Below the pieces are notes generated by a model. The model worked only from the letters and a program-made list of their open reading frames with translations, ran no database searches and was not told the DNA's origin. From NCBI RefSeq assembly GCF_964204865.1, contig NC_135256.1, forward strand, positions 15,004,001-15,068,000: DNA of 64,000 nt, given 5' to 3'. Positions within the stretch are counted from its first letter, which is position 1; each line of letters starts with the position of its first letter. This document shows positions 52,312 to 64,000 of the stretch, piece by piece. Made by a program: the position numbers and the translations under genes. Source of the DNA: Styela clava (lineage: Eukaryota).

Positions 52312-53746
52312 GGTGACCGTACATTTGAACCCATACATTTGCGCCCGTATATTCGCGGGTTCAATCTATATCAGTGGTTCCCAACCGCCGGTCCGCGGAC
52401 CGATGCCGGTCCGCGAAGCTTTTTTGCCGGTCCGCGAGAAATTTCGTTGTTTTGTTTTTTTATGCCGTCTCAACCGCTTTACCGTGGACAAAGTTGCGTT
52501 GGCTCATTACGCAATTCTCTTCTGCCGTCATATTGCGACGTCTCTCGCGACATGTTGGCGCCGTCTTACGCGACATGTTGGCGCCGATCACTCACATTCT
52601 TCGCTTTTCCAGCTCCGATTCATCGCGAATGCGCTCCATCAAATCTCGCAAAATTAGGAAGCCTAAAAATCGGCCCGCGTGCTTTTTCTGTTCTGCGTGC
52701 TTTTCCTAATTAATATGACCATCCATATAAAACGTAATGGATATATCCTTGTTTAAACTAGAAAACAGTCAAGAACAGTATAATAATCCAGTAAGATATG
52801 AACTTGTTGCGACCCCACAGGTGGTCACGAAACACGCAAAAAAAGGATGGGCTGCAGAGATCTTTTCCAGACACAGTAGGATTTTGAGCTTGTCGCCAAG
52901 TTATCGACGACTTTGTCATTGTAATGCAAATTCATTTCGTTTGACGCGTCGATTAACTGCAGAGGGATTATGATGAACCCAATGAAAAAAAAAAGGATTA
53001 AAAAAGAATTACTTATCACAATTTTAGATATCTCTTGATAACGAATACCCATCGCCAAGTAATCGAGCAATCAAACTGTTGTCCGGATTTTCAGCCAGTT
53101 ACTGCGTTATGCGAAAAAACATTTTCATCACTAGATTCAATTAAAACGAAGCAAAGAAATCGGCTGCACGCGGCTGCAGAGCTATACGTATTGCAAAAAC
53201 TTCTTTGAGGCCTCGTTTGCAATCTTATATCGGAAACGAAACAGCAGCAAAATTCTCACAGGAGTAAATTGTGCATGTTTTTAATGTGAGAATTTTTTGC
53301 GTGCCTTTCTTACGCATAATGGGTGCCCAGCACTGCATTTCATTACGCAAATATATGGTATTATTTTATGTTTCACCCTTTTTTAATATTTTGTCGGCAC
53401 ATTATTTGATAGTTATTCTCCGTGTGAGAGGTTTAAAGTGTGTTTTTTTGTCTAGAAGCATATTGAGTGCCCGACATTGCATTATTTTACGAAAATATAT
53501 GCTATTCTTTCCAGCGTTACGGCCATTTCAATTTTTTCCGGTCCGCGAGTACATTTAATCTAATTTTACCGGTCCGCCAGGGTAGAAAGGTTGGGAACCG
53601 CTGATCTATATGACAGTGATAAAATACATGTTTTAGGGTTAGTATGGGTTCAAATATCCGCAAAAAATGGTGCAATAGTATGAAGGTGCAATTGTCGTGG
53701 GTTCGAATACGGGTTCAAATGTACGTGACTCAAATGCAATGGAACC
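52312..53746 (-). mobile_element. MULE-like foldback MITE family A, diverged copy 3 (inverted), interrupted by a hAT element
   Basis: ggtgaccgtacatttgaaccc...gtacgtgactcaaatgcaatggaacc. TSD gttgatatg/gttgttatg. Confidence 0.8.
52372..53603 (+). mobile_element. Charlie/Buster hAT non-autonomous element, 1.23 kb
   Basis: TIRs cagtggttcccaacc...ggttgggaaccgctg. Perfect 8-bp TSD ATCTATAT. ccggtccgc subterminal repeats. Remnant PRL...KQQQNSH of a transposase C-terminus near 53210-53260. Confidence 0.9.
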
Positions 53747-54189
53747 GTTGTTATGACACAATTTCGACCACTGTCAGTTTCGCGGGGTTGTACAGGCTCT
53801 ACTTCATATATTTGACTCTTTCATTCTCCAGTAAGAGCTTGGCGTACTGTCACTAGTGTCAGTCGCATTGCCAACGGTTTGGTGGCAAAACGAGTTTAGA
53901 ACCTATTCGTTTATTTATGACTTAGCTCAGCTACCGCTACAAAAGATATATATATGGGTTATAAAGCGTGAATGGCCAGAAGAAAAGTCCCCTTTGCGAC
54001 GTCAATTCACACAAAAATAACATCAGTTACTTTTCTTTGTTCAACAAGAATAACGGTGCTTATTTTTCTCTCTGAAAACGGCTTGGTCGGTAACTGCTAA
54101 ATTTTGTCAAGTGCAATAAATACCGATTTAATAAATATATGTTTTTACAGAAATATTCATCATAAAGTATCGAAATCTACTATTATGTA

Positions 54190-57100
54190 ATGGTATTTAC
54201 GTGGGACGCTGACGCCCCCTCTTCGTTAAAAGTAGTTTTCGTTGTTGGATTTACCGCTGGAACTGCAACTTTACTAGTTTCCTGCTGGTGTATTATTACC
54301 ATTCTGTCATCTAAGAAGCTTAGAAAACCTTTATGGCTATTCAGGTGAGAAACGTACGCTATAATTGAGTTTATGCGACTAGTTTTTGATGAAATTTTCA
54401 AAGTGTAGAGAGACTGTAAATTTGTTTCGGGACTACATTTGAATGAAAGATTCATTTCACTAAAGCGGGTTGGTATGACATCATTAAATAGAGTAATTCA
54501 CGAATACTGTTTTGTTGCTAAGAGTCACGTTGAAGTAAAATAAAAAGTAAGTTTTTTGCTTTTGAGTACAGTACAGATAACTTGCGTGTATAATTACATA
54601 TTATGCTGCACGAACTTATAAATCACAGGTGCATATTTTTATATTATTAAAACTTGAACATCGTAATTTAAGAGGTTTTGACAGTTTAATTTACGGTTAC
54701 TATGTTTGCATTACCTCAGCCAGACCAGATAAATCGTGTATAACAAGATATTATGTACATTCGCCATTGTTTCAATCAAATCATGACACAAATTGTGTTT
54801 ATCCACAAATAGTGCTTATCAGACGGTGGCACCATTTTTATAGAAGCCATACTTTTTTACGAGTGTAAATTTGAATCATGCCCAGCCCAGAATAGGAATA
54901 ACAATTATATATACCTTCTAAAACAGATGCTTATATATATCACACCTGTACAAACGCATTTGTAAGTAGAATGGCATGGCTAAATGATGCCATTTGCATT
55001 CAATTTTCGGCACCCACCGCAATTGCCCCTTGAAATTGCTATAATATTTTTGATAGACTTCTCGCCAATATCATAGCTCTGTACAAATTTAAAACACAAT
55101 GATTTTACAGCATATCTACAATAGGTAATTGCCGAACATAAATTCCATATTAATTCAAAGTCAACATTTCTGTTGTAACAACTGTTACAACTCGACTTAC
55201 ATATAATTTATAAGGACTCACACAAATTGTAATGTCAACTTGCACATACTACTTCTATCCTGGACAAATATTTGTTTTCGCATATGATATAATATTCCCA
55301 AGGCATTTAAAACAGGGTCAGTTGAACCGAGAAGTAAAGTCGCTTGCCATAGCTATACTCAAAATCACAAATGGCATTTTGCTCATGATTTTTTAAACAG
55401 CTACAGTCATGATACAGTCTGGGCATTAAAGCTTTCAAATCTATTTATTTTATAGTATGTAGAAAAGTTTTAAATTGGTTTTGTATTTTCCGTTAATTTT
55501 TGTTTTGGTTTTTCAGAGCTTCGTTATGCCTGAAGGATATACTTTTATGCATCATCGTTTTGTTGCCAAATTTTTCAAGCTCACAAGTGGAGATTTATAA
55601 AGAGGTAAGAAATATCACTAATAAGTTCATCCTGGTTTCCTCAGTGTACTGTAGAACATGCGAACACATAATAGATGTAAGGCTCGTTGGTTGAAAAGCA
55701 AGAGTGACTTGACACGAAGATGGCAATGCATCATGCGGACGGGCTTAGATCCCAATCGAGACGACGATTATTTTGCACTCAATTTCGAACCCGACCCCCA
55801 AAATTTTAATGCCGATTTACGACTATTGTAATGATCCGATTTATCAACAAAATGTTATATAAAACAAACTAATAACTCTTTTGCTGAGGTAGCCTATTCG
55901 TCTCTTTAATATAGTTAGTAGTTCACTTTCTGGGCTCAATTGATTTCTTGGTGATAAAGGGGCATTTCGGAGCGGGGTCATCATTGACTCGCGTGGGTGT
56001 CATTAACTCATCATGTATCGATTTGAAAATTAGTCCAATTGATTAACTTTGTGGTGTATACTTCATCAGCATAATTTGGCAAATCGATATTTTATAATTT
56101 GACGAGTGAAGAAAAGGAGGCGAAAATGGGAATATTACTATAATTTAATAATGTATAACCATTGCCCATTGCCATATTGTTACAAGCTACAATATATATA
56201 AGAAAGTGTTAAAACTGGGAGGCAGCTGTAAACCATCGACAAAGATCAACACGGACAGCAAACATTAAAACTCGAATAAAAGGAATGTAAATCAAAACAA
56301 TAAGGAAAAAACGGAATTCGATACAGAAACGGATAATAATAATTTAATGAATATTTTTAGTACAATGACATCTCGGAGAATATAAAATGCCTACAATGCG
56401 AGCAAGGCTAATAAGAATGAATAAGAAAATAAATCTTCATTGAAAAAAAATTAATTTTTACTATTATTCTAAATCTGTAAATAATATATGTGTAAGCAAT
56501 AACTGTCGAATATAATTTGACATTTCAATATCGGCCGGATGCCAACTGTTAACGATTTTAGATCGTGTGCTCATTTTAGAATATATTCTGTTGAATTAAC
56601 GCAGTGATATTATGAACATTTATCAGACAACCAATTCATCAATGAAAATATACCAATTTGTATTGCAATGTGCATATTTTACTTCACTCACTTTTGTACT
56701 TTACTTTTTACATTTACTTTGTTGGGATCCATGGAGATCAATACCAATAGAGATTATCTTCAAATATAGATTACTATTAAAATATATGGATACTTAAAAT
56801 AATCAGCATAACCAGCTTTCATGGATAATCCATCACAATGCAGTTTAGAATGTTCATTTAAAAATCAATATCGTAAGCAATATTAGTAACATCAAATGAA
56901 ATTACTGTCAAGTAATAACGCAATCTCTTTCACAAACCAAGGAGATTTATCGAACTGATGGAAAAAAAAGCTGCTGCCCAAAAGCTGCTGCTGCATTTTG
57001 CAAGAAAGCCTAATTCGACATACATCAGTTTGCGATGAATATGACTTTCAACTCTTACTCTGACCATCTGACTAAAACGTTTAAACCAATCCTATGTTAT

Positions 57101-60100
57101 ATATCAAGGATGACGTAGCAAAAGCATGAAATGTGATAGAAATATATTTGCGTTGTTTTTTAAAGCAAGACTAATGAATCACTTAAGAATATATATAGAA
57201 TATATTGTCATACGTCTCAAATGGTGTGTAGCACTAATTTATCAAATCAATATATATATGTATAAGCTCTAACGCTTTTATTTCAATTCTGGGATTAAGT
57301 ATTTAGATTCTGGTACAGGACCAAATCGCAACGACTTGGAAGGGCGCATTGTTATATAAAGAACCAGGAAATGTGCGGGTCAGTCATGCGCACTACAAAC
57401 CTTTTTGTCGCATATAAATAAAATGAAAAAGGTTTTTAAAAAGTAATTTTGTATTTATACAATATTTCCCAGGCAATAGTAATACAACTATCGGTTGAAT
57501 AGAAAACGGCTGAAATAGTTCAAAGAACTCTATCGCGTATGCTTTTTGCCTAAGATAACATTTAGGCTGACAAACAGAATAAGTTTTGTTGTATTAGGGC
57601 GGTTTCTACGAATTTTAAGAGGCTATCGATATAAATATTCCAAAAATAAACAAGTGTCATATCATATTCTTTGCTTTTACTTGTGGAATCCATTTATGTT
57701 TCCCCCTATTACCGTAAATTCTACTCATTTAATAATTTGTTGTTTTAGCATTAGTGTTTTCATCCAAAATATGATAAAATTGAAGTAAAGTTGAATGTTT
57801 TTCTCTACAGCATAACCATGCTCAACCCTACCTCTCTGCTGCCTTGATTGCTTCCATTTCTTCATCTTTCTTCACAATTCTATGCGCATCGATTGACCGA
57901 TATCACGCCTCAACTCGCCCATTCAGGTAACAATAACTTTCTGTTTTAGTTGCAAGTGTTGAAAAACATGATAGTATATTTATGTGCTACTATAGCAAAA
58001 AACATTATGATAGCTGGAGTAATCGGGCCGTGCATGAACAGTACATGGCGTTGGATTAATACTCGTTGTTGAATATTGTGCAGTTTCAACAACATCATCA
58101 TTCAGTAGTGGCTAAAAAGCCGTTTTTGCTCTGATGATTTTTGTCAAACTTTTCCGCCACTCGAGTTAAATGGATCTTTTCTTTATATAAAATTATTTAG
58201 ATGATTTTGTTAATTATTCTCCGATTTTCCATATGTTTTATACGACTTTTGCACGCAATCATTCCGAACAAAGGTGCGTGCTAGCAACCAGATTATATCT
58301 TTTTATCGTTGATTTACGGTGAAGCCTTGAGATAGTCAAATGAATAGCCTGCGAAACTCGACAGAGGGGGCCTAATTGGCTTGATTATTTGAACCGGGTT
58401 GTGGAAGCAATTCTCTCACAGTTGATCAGATTTTTCAGAATTCAACCTATGAGTCTAGTTCACGACAATTCACAACCCCTACTTTCTCGCCCCACTGGTG
58501 TAAAATAACTCACCCAAATCACGTTTGTCTTGTTCCAAAATTATTTTATATTTTTGCTTGTTTAGATATCATATTGGAGACATGATGCCAACGTCTGTTG
58601 CCGTTATATTAATTTTCAACTCTTGGATGATCAGCGTTATCATTTCTGTATGCGTGGTATCGGATTATTCAAAATCAACAAGGGAGTCGTACGGAATTTT
58701 ATTGGAATTTGTATCATTGGAAATATGGCAAAAAGCGATTTTAATAACTGGGCTGACGTTCGTGTTTTTCGTCTCAACCTACCTTCTCGGACTCTCTCTC
58801 GCCCACGTACGGTATTAATTTAACCATGTAATAATCTCGAACGATTAACGAACAAAAATGATTATTTTAAATTGAAATTCATTTCTTCTTTGGGTTTACA
58901 AATACTCACCTACCTTGGTTTGAGAGTGAGATCCATTTTTGTTTAGTATGTAAACATAAATTGTACTAATTGAATTTTCAAAATTCTCCGGCGGCCTAAA
59001 AATGGGTTGAGCTTTCATGCACATTGTGTAAAATTACTTGTCTTGAGCTTGAATGTATAAGACCTTTCAGGTTTCAACTTAAAAGCACTTCATTGCCAAT
59101 TTTCGTTCATTGATCTTTTAATTGCACCCGATATACTTCCACTTCAATACGACCTTATAATTATAGTATTCGTCCAACTTTAGCTATCGAACGACGGAGA
59201 AATAAATTCAACTTTATTTATTTACATTACAATTTGTGGTTTCGTTCGGACCGCTTTATCTGATTTGATGACTTACATAAGCTATACCTAGTTTGGAAAT
59301 CGTTAAACCTTCAATGTAATAATAATACTTTTCTATACTTTCGATTGACTATGCAATATACCAATATGCTTCTTAACGAACCCATATTTATAAGTACCAG
59401 CTTATGGATTTTAGTGAATTAACTAAATGCTGTGTTCTATATTATAGATGATTCGACAGAAACAAGAAAGTAGGCTGCGCATAGAGAGTGGAGAAGAAGA
59501 GCCGATTCGAAGCAGAAGAAATTCTGCGATCGAAGAAGCTTACTGTGATAAACCAAGTACGTCTGGGTACAGAACAGACTCTGAATCAGAAGCAAATCAA
59601 TTTTTTCTACGAGTTGAAGGTATTTAATTTATTCATATACAAGCAGAAATTTTGCAAATATGTAACTGGTATAGTCAATGTCCTCTTCCAAACACATTTT
59701 TTTATGTTTTATTCTCAGTCAGCATCATATTAGTTAACTGATTGTAATGACGATTCTAATGTCTAAAATGAAAACGTGAAGCAAAAGTTTTCAAATCCTC
59801 CAATATTTGAATTTCAATTGATAAAAAAAATGATAAAAAGTGCCACGTAAAATTTTGCTGAGAACATGCGAAATGCAGTCTGAAATCACAATTGGCGAGT
59901 CCTAGCATGCTCAATATGTTGTTAGTATTGTTGAAATCGTTATTACTGTCTGAAAATTTTTAAACTAGTTGAATAGCTACTAGTTGTTAGCTATTGTCAC
60001 TGCGGCAGCTTGTAAATTTGTATCTTAGAATTCTGTTTTCGTGCAGATCCTGTTCAAAAACCAAAAACTGCAAAACGAAAATGGTCGCTGAAGAACACTC

Positions 60101-61460
60101 AAAATAAAGCATATTTCACGCCTACTACATACCGTCCGAGTATTTTGAGGCGAATTCGAGATACCTGGTATCTGTATGTGGTCATTATTACATGGGGAGT
60201 GTTGTTCCTGACTACGTTGATCCCGTTTTATTTTCTACTTGTTGGAGCAGAATATTGCAACATCGATTGGAAGGCTTTTGCGAATCCACACAGTTCAAAT
60301 TCTTCTGTGTCGACCACTGCAGGTAAAAATAGAATGCTGCACTAATTTTGTGCCGAAATCGCTTTTGATCCAAGAATATTTAGTGTTTGCAAATAGTCCT
60401 GGCTCCATAATATATATATAGCGATAGCGTGGCATAGCGGGATGGGAATTCAGTATTGTAGAGATATTCCATCTTAATCCCTGCTAGCGAGAAGAAAAAC
60501 TATATGGACGCTACTATTAGGCAGATAATTTACGTGATGGTGCAAAATTTTGAGCTCATCCCTCTAGCTAGATTACACGTTCATAATCAACTATAAAAAT
60601 TTGAAGTTTAAGAAGATAAAATAAAAAGCAATTTCTATTACCATGGTCGCCATAGATTCATTTTTTAACGATGAACATATGTTATCGCAGTCAATATTCG
60701 TAGCAGACGCGACCGTAAAATATTACAAGTATCTTATGTCTATTTCTGTATCTTCGCGGCGAACAATTTAGCTTTTATACGAGTGAAACCCTTACCTAAA
60801 TTTATTCCTTTCTGTCATCTGAAAATTATAGCCAACACATGGCATAGCTGCCAGGTATTCAGGGATCATACTCATTGTCATGGCATCAAAAAGACGTGGT
60901 TACCATATAAAAATGCGAATCAATGACGTTTCCAAGATAGGAGAGATTAGATTTTGTTTTCACAAAATATCAATCAAAATATTTAATTTATGAGAATGTT
61001 TCAGGCCGTTTCTTCCACCAACATTACATTTTCAAATGACTCTTTTTCAGATGCTGTACAGCCTTCACTTTCATTTGATTTCAATAATCACTGTATACTG
61101 GGCGGAATTTCTGAATGTTTACTTCTAAGTCATGGGTTCATCTGCGTGATCACGTACACATTTGCGGATGATGTGTTCAGGCCGAAGTTTTTGCAGCCGA
61201 TAGCGTTTTTAGTGTTACCGGTAAGTTTTGCCAACAACGCATTCTATAACGGTTAAATGTTTTATTTCATATCATATTGTCCTGGTTCTTGGCGAATATG
61301 TCCTTGGCGTCGATTTTCTATCAAAAATCGAAATTTAATTATGTTTTGTGTTTAGTGTGTAAGCGCTATCAGACGAAATCGTAGGAGAGGAAGCGTGTAT
61401 GGTCAAGACAGACGTCGAACACTTTCAAGAAATTCTAATATTGCAAATTTTGGCGTATGA
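54190..61460 (+). CDS. Divergent orphan rhodopsin-family (class A) GPCR, ~442 aa; exons 54190-54344, 55517-55604, 57811-57926, 58566-58806, 59448-59556, 60047-60322, 60832-60854, 61005-61220, 61356-61460
   Basis: Seven hydrophobic segments. ICL1 KKLRKP; TM2 SLCLKD; TM3 SIDRYHASTRPFRY (DRY); TM4 Trp (NSWMIS); long charged ICL3; TM6 TLIPF; TM7 ...VITY...FR. All junctions GT-AG, total 1329 nt in frame. Confidence 0.8.
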
Positions 61461-63363
61461 TAGTAGATCTGGATTATCGATAAACTTGACTGCAAGAAAA
61501 TGAATTAATTTTAATCGTGTTTTTGCGTAGAATTTTATTTGATCAGTTTTGCTGCAAATGATCTGATTTCTCACGTGGAATCTTGAAGGAGTAATACCAC
61601 AACGGCAGCATTTTAAAATATATTGATCTAATTAATTATAATTAACGTGGGCCTAGCTTCCAAATGAAATGGATATTAATTTATGATGTACATCCTATAT
61701 ATTTAATGAAGTATATTTAAATTTACAATTGATCTTTATGTCGCTGTTGGTTCAAAAATAGTAAAAGCACGAGACATAACATTTTGGTGTTAGCTATCCT
61801 AAATTGATTAGCTTCAGAGTAGCTTCTATACGAACAACAAATTTTGCCAAACAACATTTTTGCTCCCAATACAGATTTTTAGGTTTTGCCGCAAAAGCTT
61901 AACACTTCAGGCATTTCCGTGTGTCAAGCGCAAGCACATGAAAAAATTACATACGCGTGTATTATTCTTATCTACGTTGGCGAACGAGTACAAAATATTA
62001 ATATCTTGCTTTTGATTGCTAAGTTTTTTTTCGATTGATCAAATAAAATTATATTTATTTTTCATTTAACTTGACGACTTGTTGTGTTTCGAGATTATCT
62101 CACGCAAGGGTTATAAGTGATGAGCGAGCTTCAGGTGCGCCATGGGAATATGATAAATAAACTGTATTCTACTAAAAAGCCGCCTAATGTAGAACAGTCG
62201 AAGAACTTGGTTATTAGATTGTTTTGCATTTCCCATTGGCATCAGCTAGACCTGCAGAGCGTGATAGTCCCAACTCCGTAGTGGCAAAAGATTTCGAAAT
62301 AACCAATTTCTGACCTCGACAGCTTTTGTGTACACATGCATTTCTAGTGTATGTTCAAAATTTGGGTTTACCTCAATGTCCTTTTCAGATCATGTTTCGT
62401 CTTCAGCACCCACCCTTGAGCAGTAAACGATTAGATTTTGGTTCCGAATCGATTACTATCAAAACATGTTAGATTTAAACTCTAACCCAGCAGCAAATTT
62501 ACGAGCGCGTTATCGGGAATCTAGCATGGCTTGCCCACGGAAGGCGAAGTCGTTGCACTGTCGCCTTTCCTCTTTAGTAAATTATTAACTGGGACATACC
62601 AATGTAGTTTGACAAACTAGGAAATACAGCTTTAATTCGAATTATTTCAGGTGTTATTGGAAATTATATTTGGTTTGTAAATCAAATGTGTTCTAAATAT
62701 TTCTTACCTAGATATATATACGTAAAGGAAAATTGGCGAAACGTAGTAAAAGTAGATCAAGAGATTAATGTTGAAAATTAAGTAGGCCTACTTGTTGTGC
62801 CAGGTTTCAATGAATACGGCGAAGATCGAAAAAGGGATACAGTCTGGGCTTAATATTGACGCTAACATGACCTAACCATAACTACCCTTCAGGGGTCGTG
62901 ATGGCTGATTGGTTAATGGTAGTAATTAAGCCTAATCATATGCTATTCCATTCTACAATGTTAGTGATTTTGTTGAAAGTAAAATTGGCGTAACTAAGCT
63001 AGTCAATGGCTAAACTGGCCATAGCAATTAAAAATATGATTTACTTTGTTTATTATCATACATGCTATGCATGTTTATTTGTTATTTGATTTCAGGGTTT
63101 TGGTATCCTGATTCAGTCATATATATTCTCTTCGCCCCGCTTTATTTCGTTGATAGCTTGTCGTCGACAATGCGACGTAACTAAATCCTACGCCCAACCC
63201 CAATGCTATATTTATCGGGACAAACGTAGCATGTGAATAGACGTTAGTGTTGTACTGCGAACGCCGTGACATTGCGTGATAATATCTCGCAATGTCAACG
63301 ATTTGGCGTGGTACATCGAACGCATTATCAATCTAACCAATACGTTTTATACTTATTTTTCTA

Positions 63364-64000
63364 ATGTTACGCAAAGCTACAAAAATGTCTGGTACAAGTA
63401 GTAATAGTGACATAATCCGAATATACGAAGATAAACAACTAGCGGAAGAATATATTAAGTATCGACCTGGATATCCTCCATTCATTCTAAAAACTATTTT
63501 GCAGTATATGGAAGAAACAAATGCAGAAAACCTAAACACGTTTGATACCATGATTGACGTTGACTGTGGCAGTGGACAAGCTACACACATGTTTGCAGAG
63601 CATTTTCGATCGGTACTTGGAATTGATATAAGTGAAAGTCAAATTGAAATTGCTTGTAGGTTTAATGAAAAGAATAACGTATCGTACCAACTTATTCATG
63701 ATAACTATTTTCCCGTTTAAGACAATAGCTTGGACCTTGTGAGCTGTGCAACTGCTGCACATTGGCTGAACTTACCGACATTCGAACGCGAATGTAATCG
63801 AGTATTGAAAACTAATGGATGTGTTGCTATTTATACCTACCTTTTGTTAAACATAAAATCCAGCGATGACAATCATGGTAATTTGCAATCCAAATTTTTT
63901 GAAATTGTGACGAAATTTGTTAATGACTGTGAAGGTCATGAAAAGTCAAAGTTGAAAGGTTATCAGGAAATATTTAACGAAATAAACAATACATCGAAGA
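63364..64000 (+). pseudogene. Class I SAM-dependent methyltransferase (Methyltransf_11-like), disrupted by in-frame TAA at 63718-63720; runs off the window edge
   Basis: YIKYRPGYP; motif I DVDCGSGQ (Gly-to-Asp versus DVGCGSG); GIDISESQI; then FPV-stop-DNSLDLVSCATAAHWL...RVLKTNGCVAIYTY in the same frame, open to the window end. Confidence 0.75.

Noticed and set aside
52304-52713. Three overlapping >110-aa ORFs
   Set aside because: They lie in the GC-rich end of a non-autonomous hAT element and have no recognisable protein features.
62891-62930. tRNA-like A-box (gtgatggctgattggttaa); similar heads at ~26335 and ~31633
   Set aside because: No cloverleaf or intact T-arm. More likely decayed SINE heads than tRNA genes.
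63718-63720. Recoding (Sec or readthrough) of the methyltransferase stop
   Set aside because: The codon is TAA, not TGA, and a second damaging change in motif I favours pseudogenisation.

Overview
Eukaryotic, AT-rich, intron-containing animal DNA. It looks like a compact invertebrate chordate-type genome, probably an ascidian, though that assignment is inference. Gene order: NAA38/LSMD1 (+); an intronless SELENOO (+) whose apparent stop at 3063-3065 is a selenocysteine UGA, with a form-II SECIS at ~3303-3366; AQR/Aquarius (-, 5 coding exons); then a ~35-kb centrobin (CNTROB) gene (-, 12010-46872). Two consecutive large CNTROB introns host three complete opposite-strand genes: a catalytically degenerate CHPF/chondroitin-synthase-like glycosyltransferase, and a pair of VLR/GPIb-alpha-like LRR surface proteins (one transmembrane with a PDZ-type tail, one probably GPI-anchored). 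After CNTROB come a divergent orphan class-A GPCR (+) and a SAM-methyltransferase with an in-frame stop at the right edge. The non-coding space holds many DNA-transposon derivatives: hAT/Charlie, MULE-like foldback MITEs with a central telomere-like motif, Helentron/DINE-like elements, a pogo-like MITE and an old SINE, including two clear nested insertions. The most interesting items are a canonical poly(A) signal positioned to cut the SelO mRNA just before or inside its SECIS, and the nested TM/GPI LRR-receptor pair. All gene models were spliced by eye; no searches were run.
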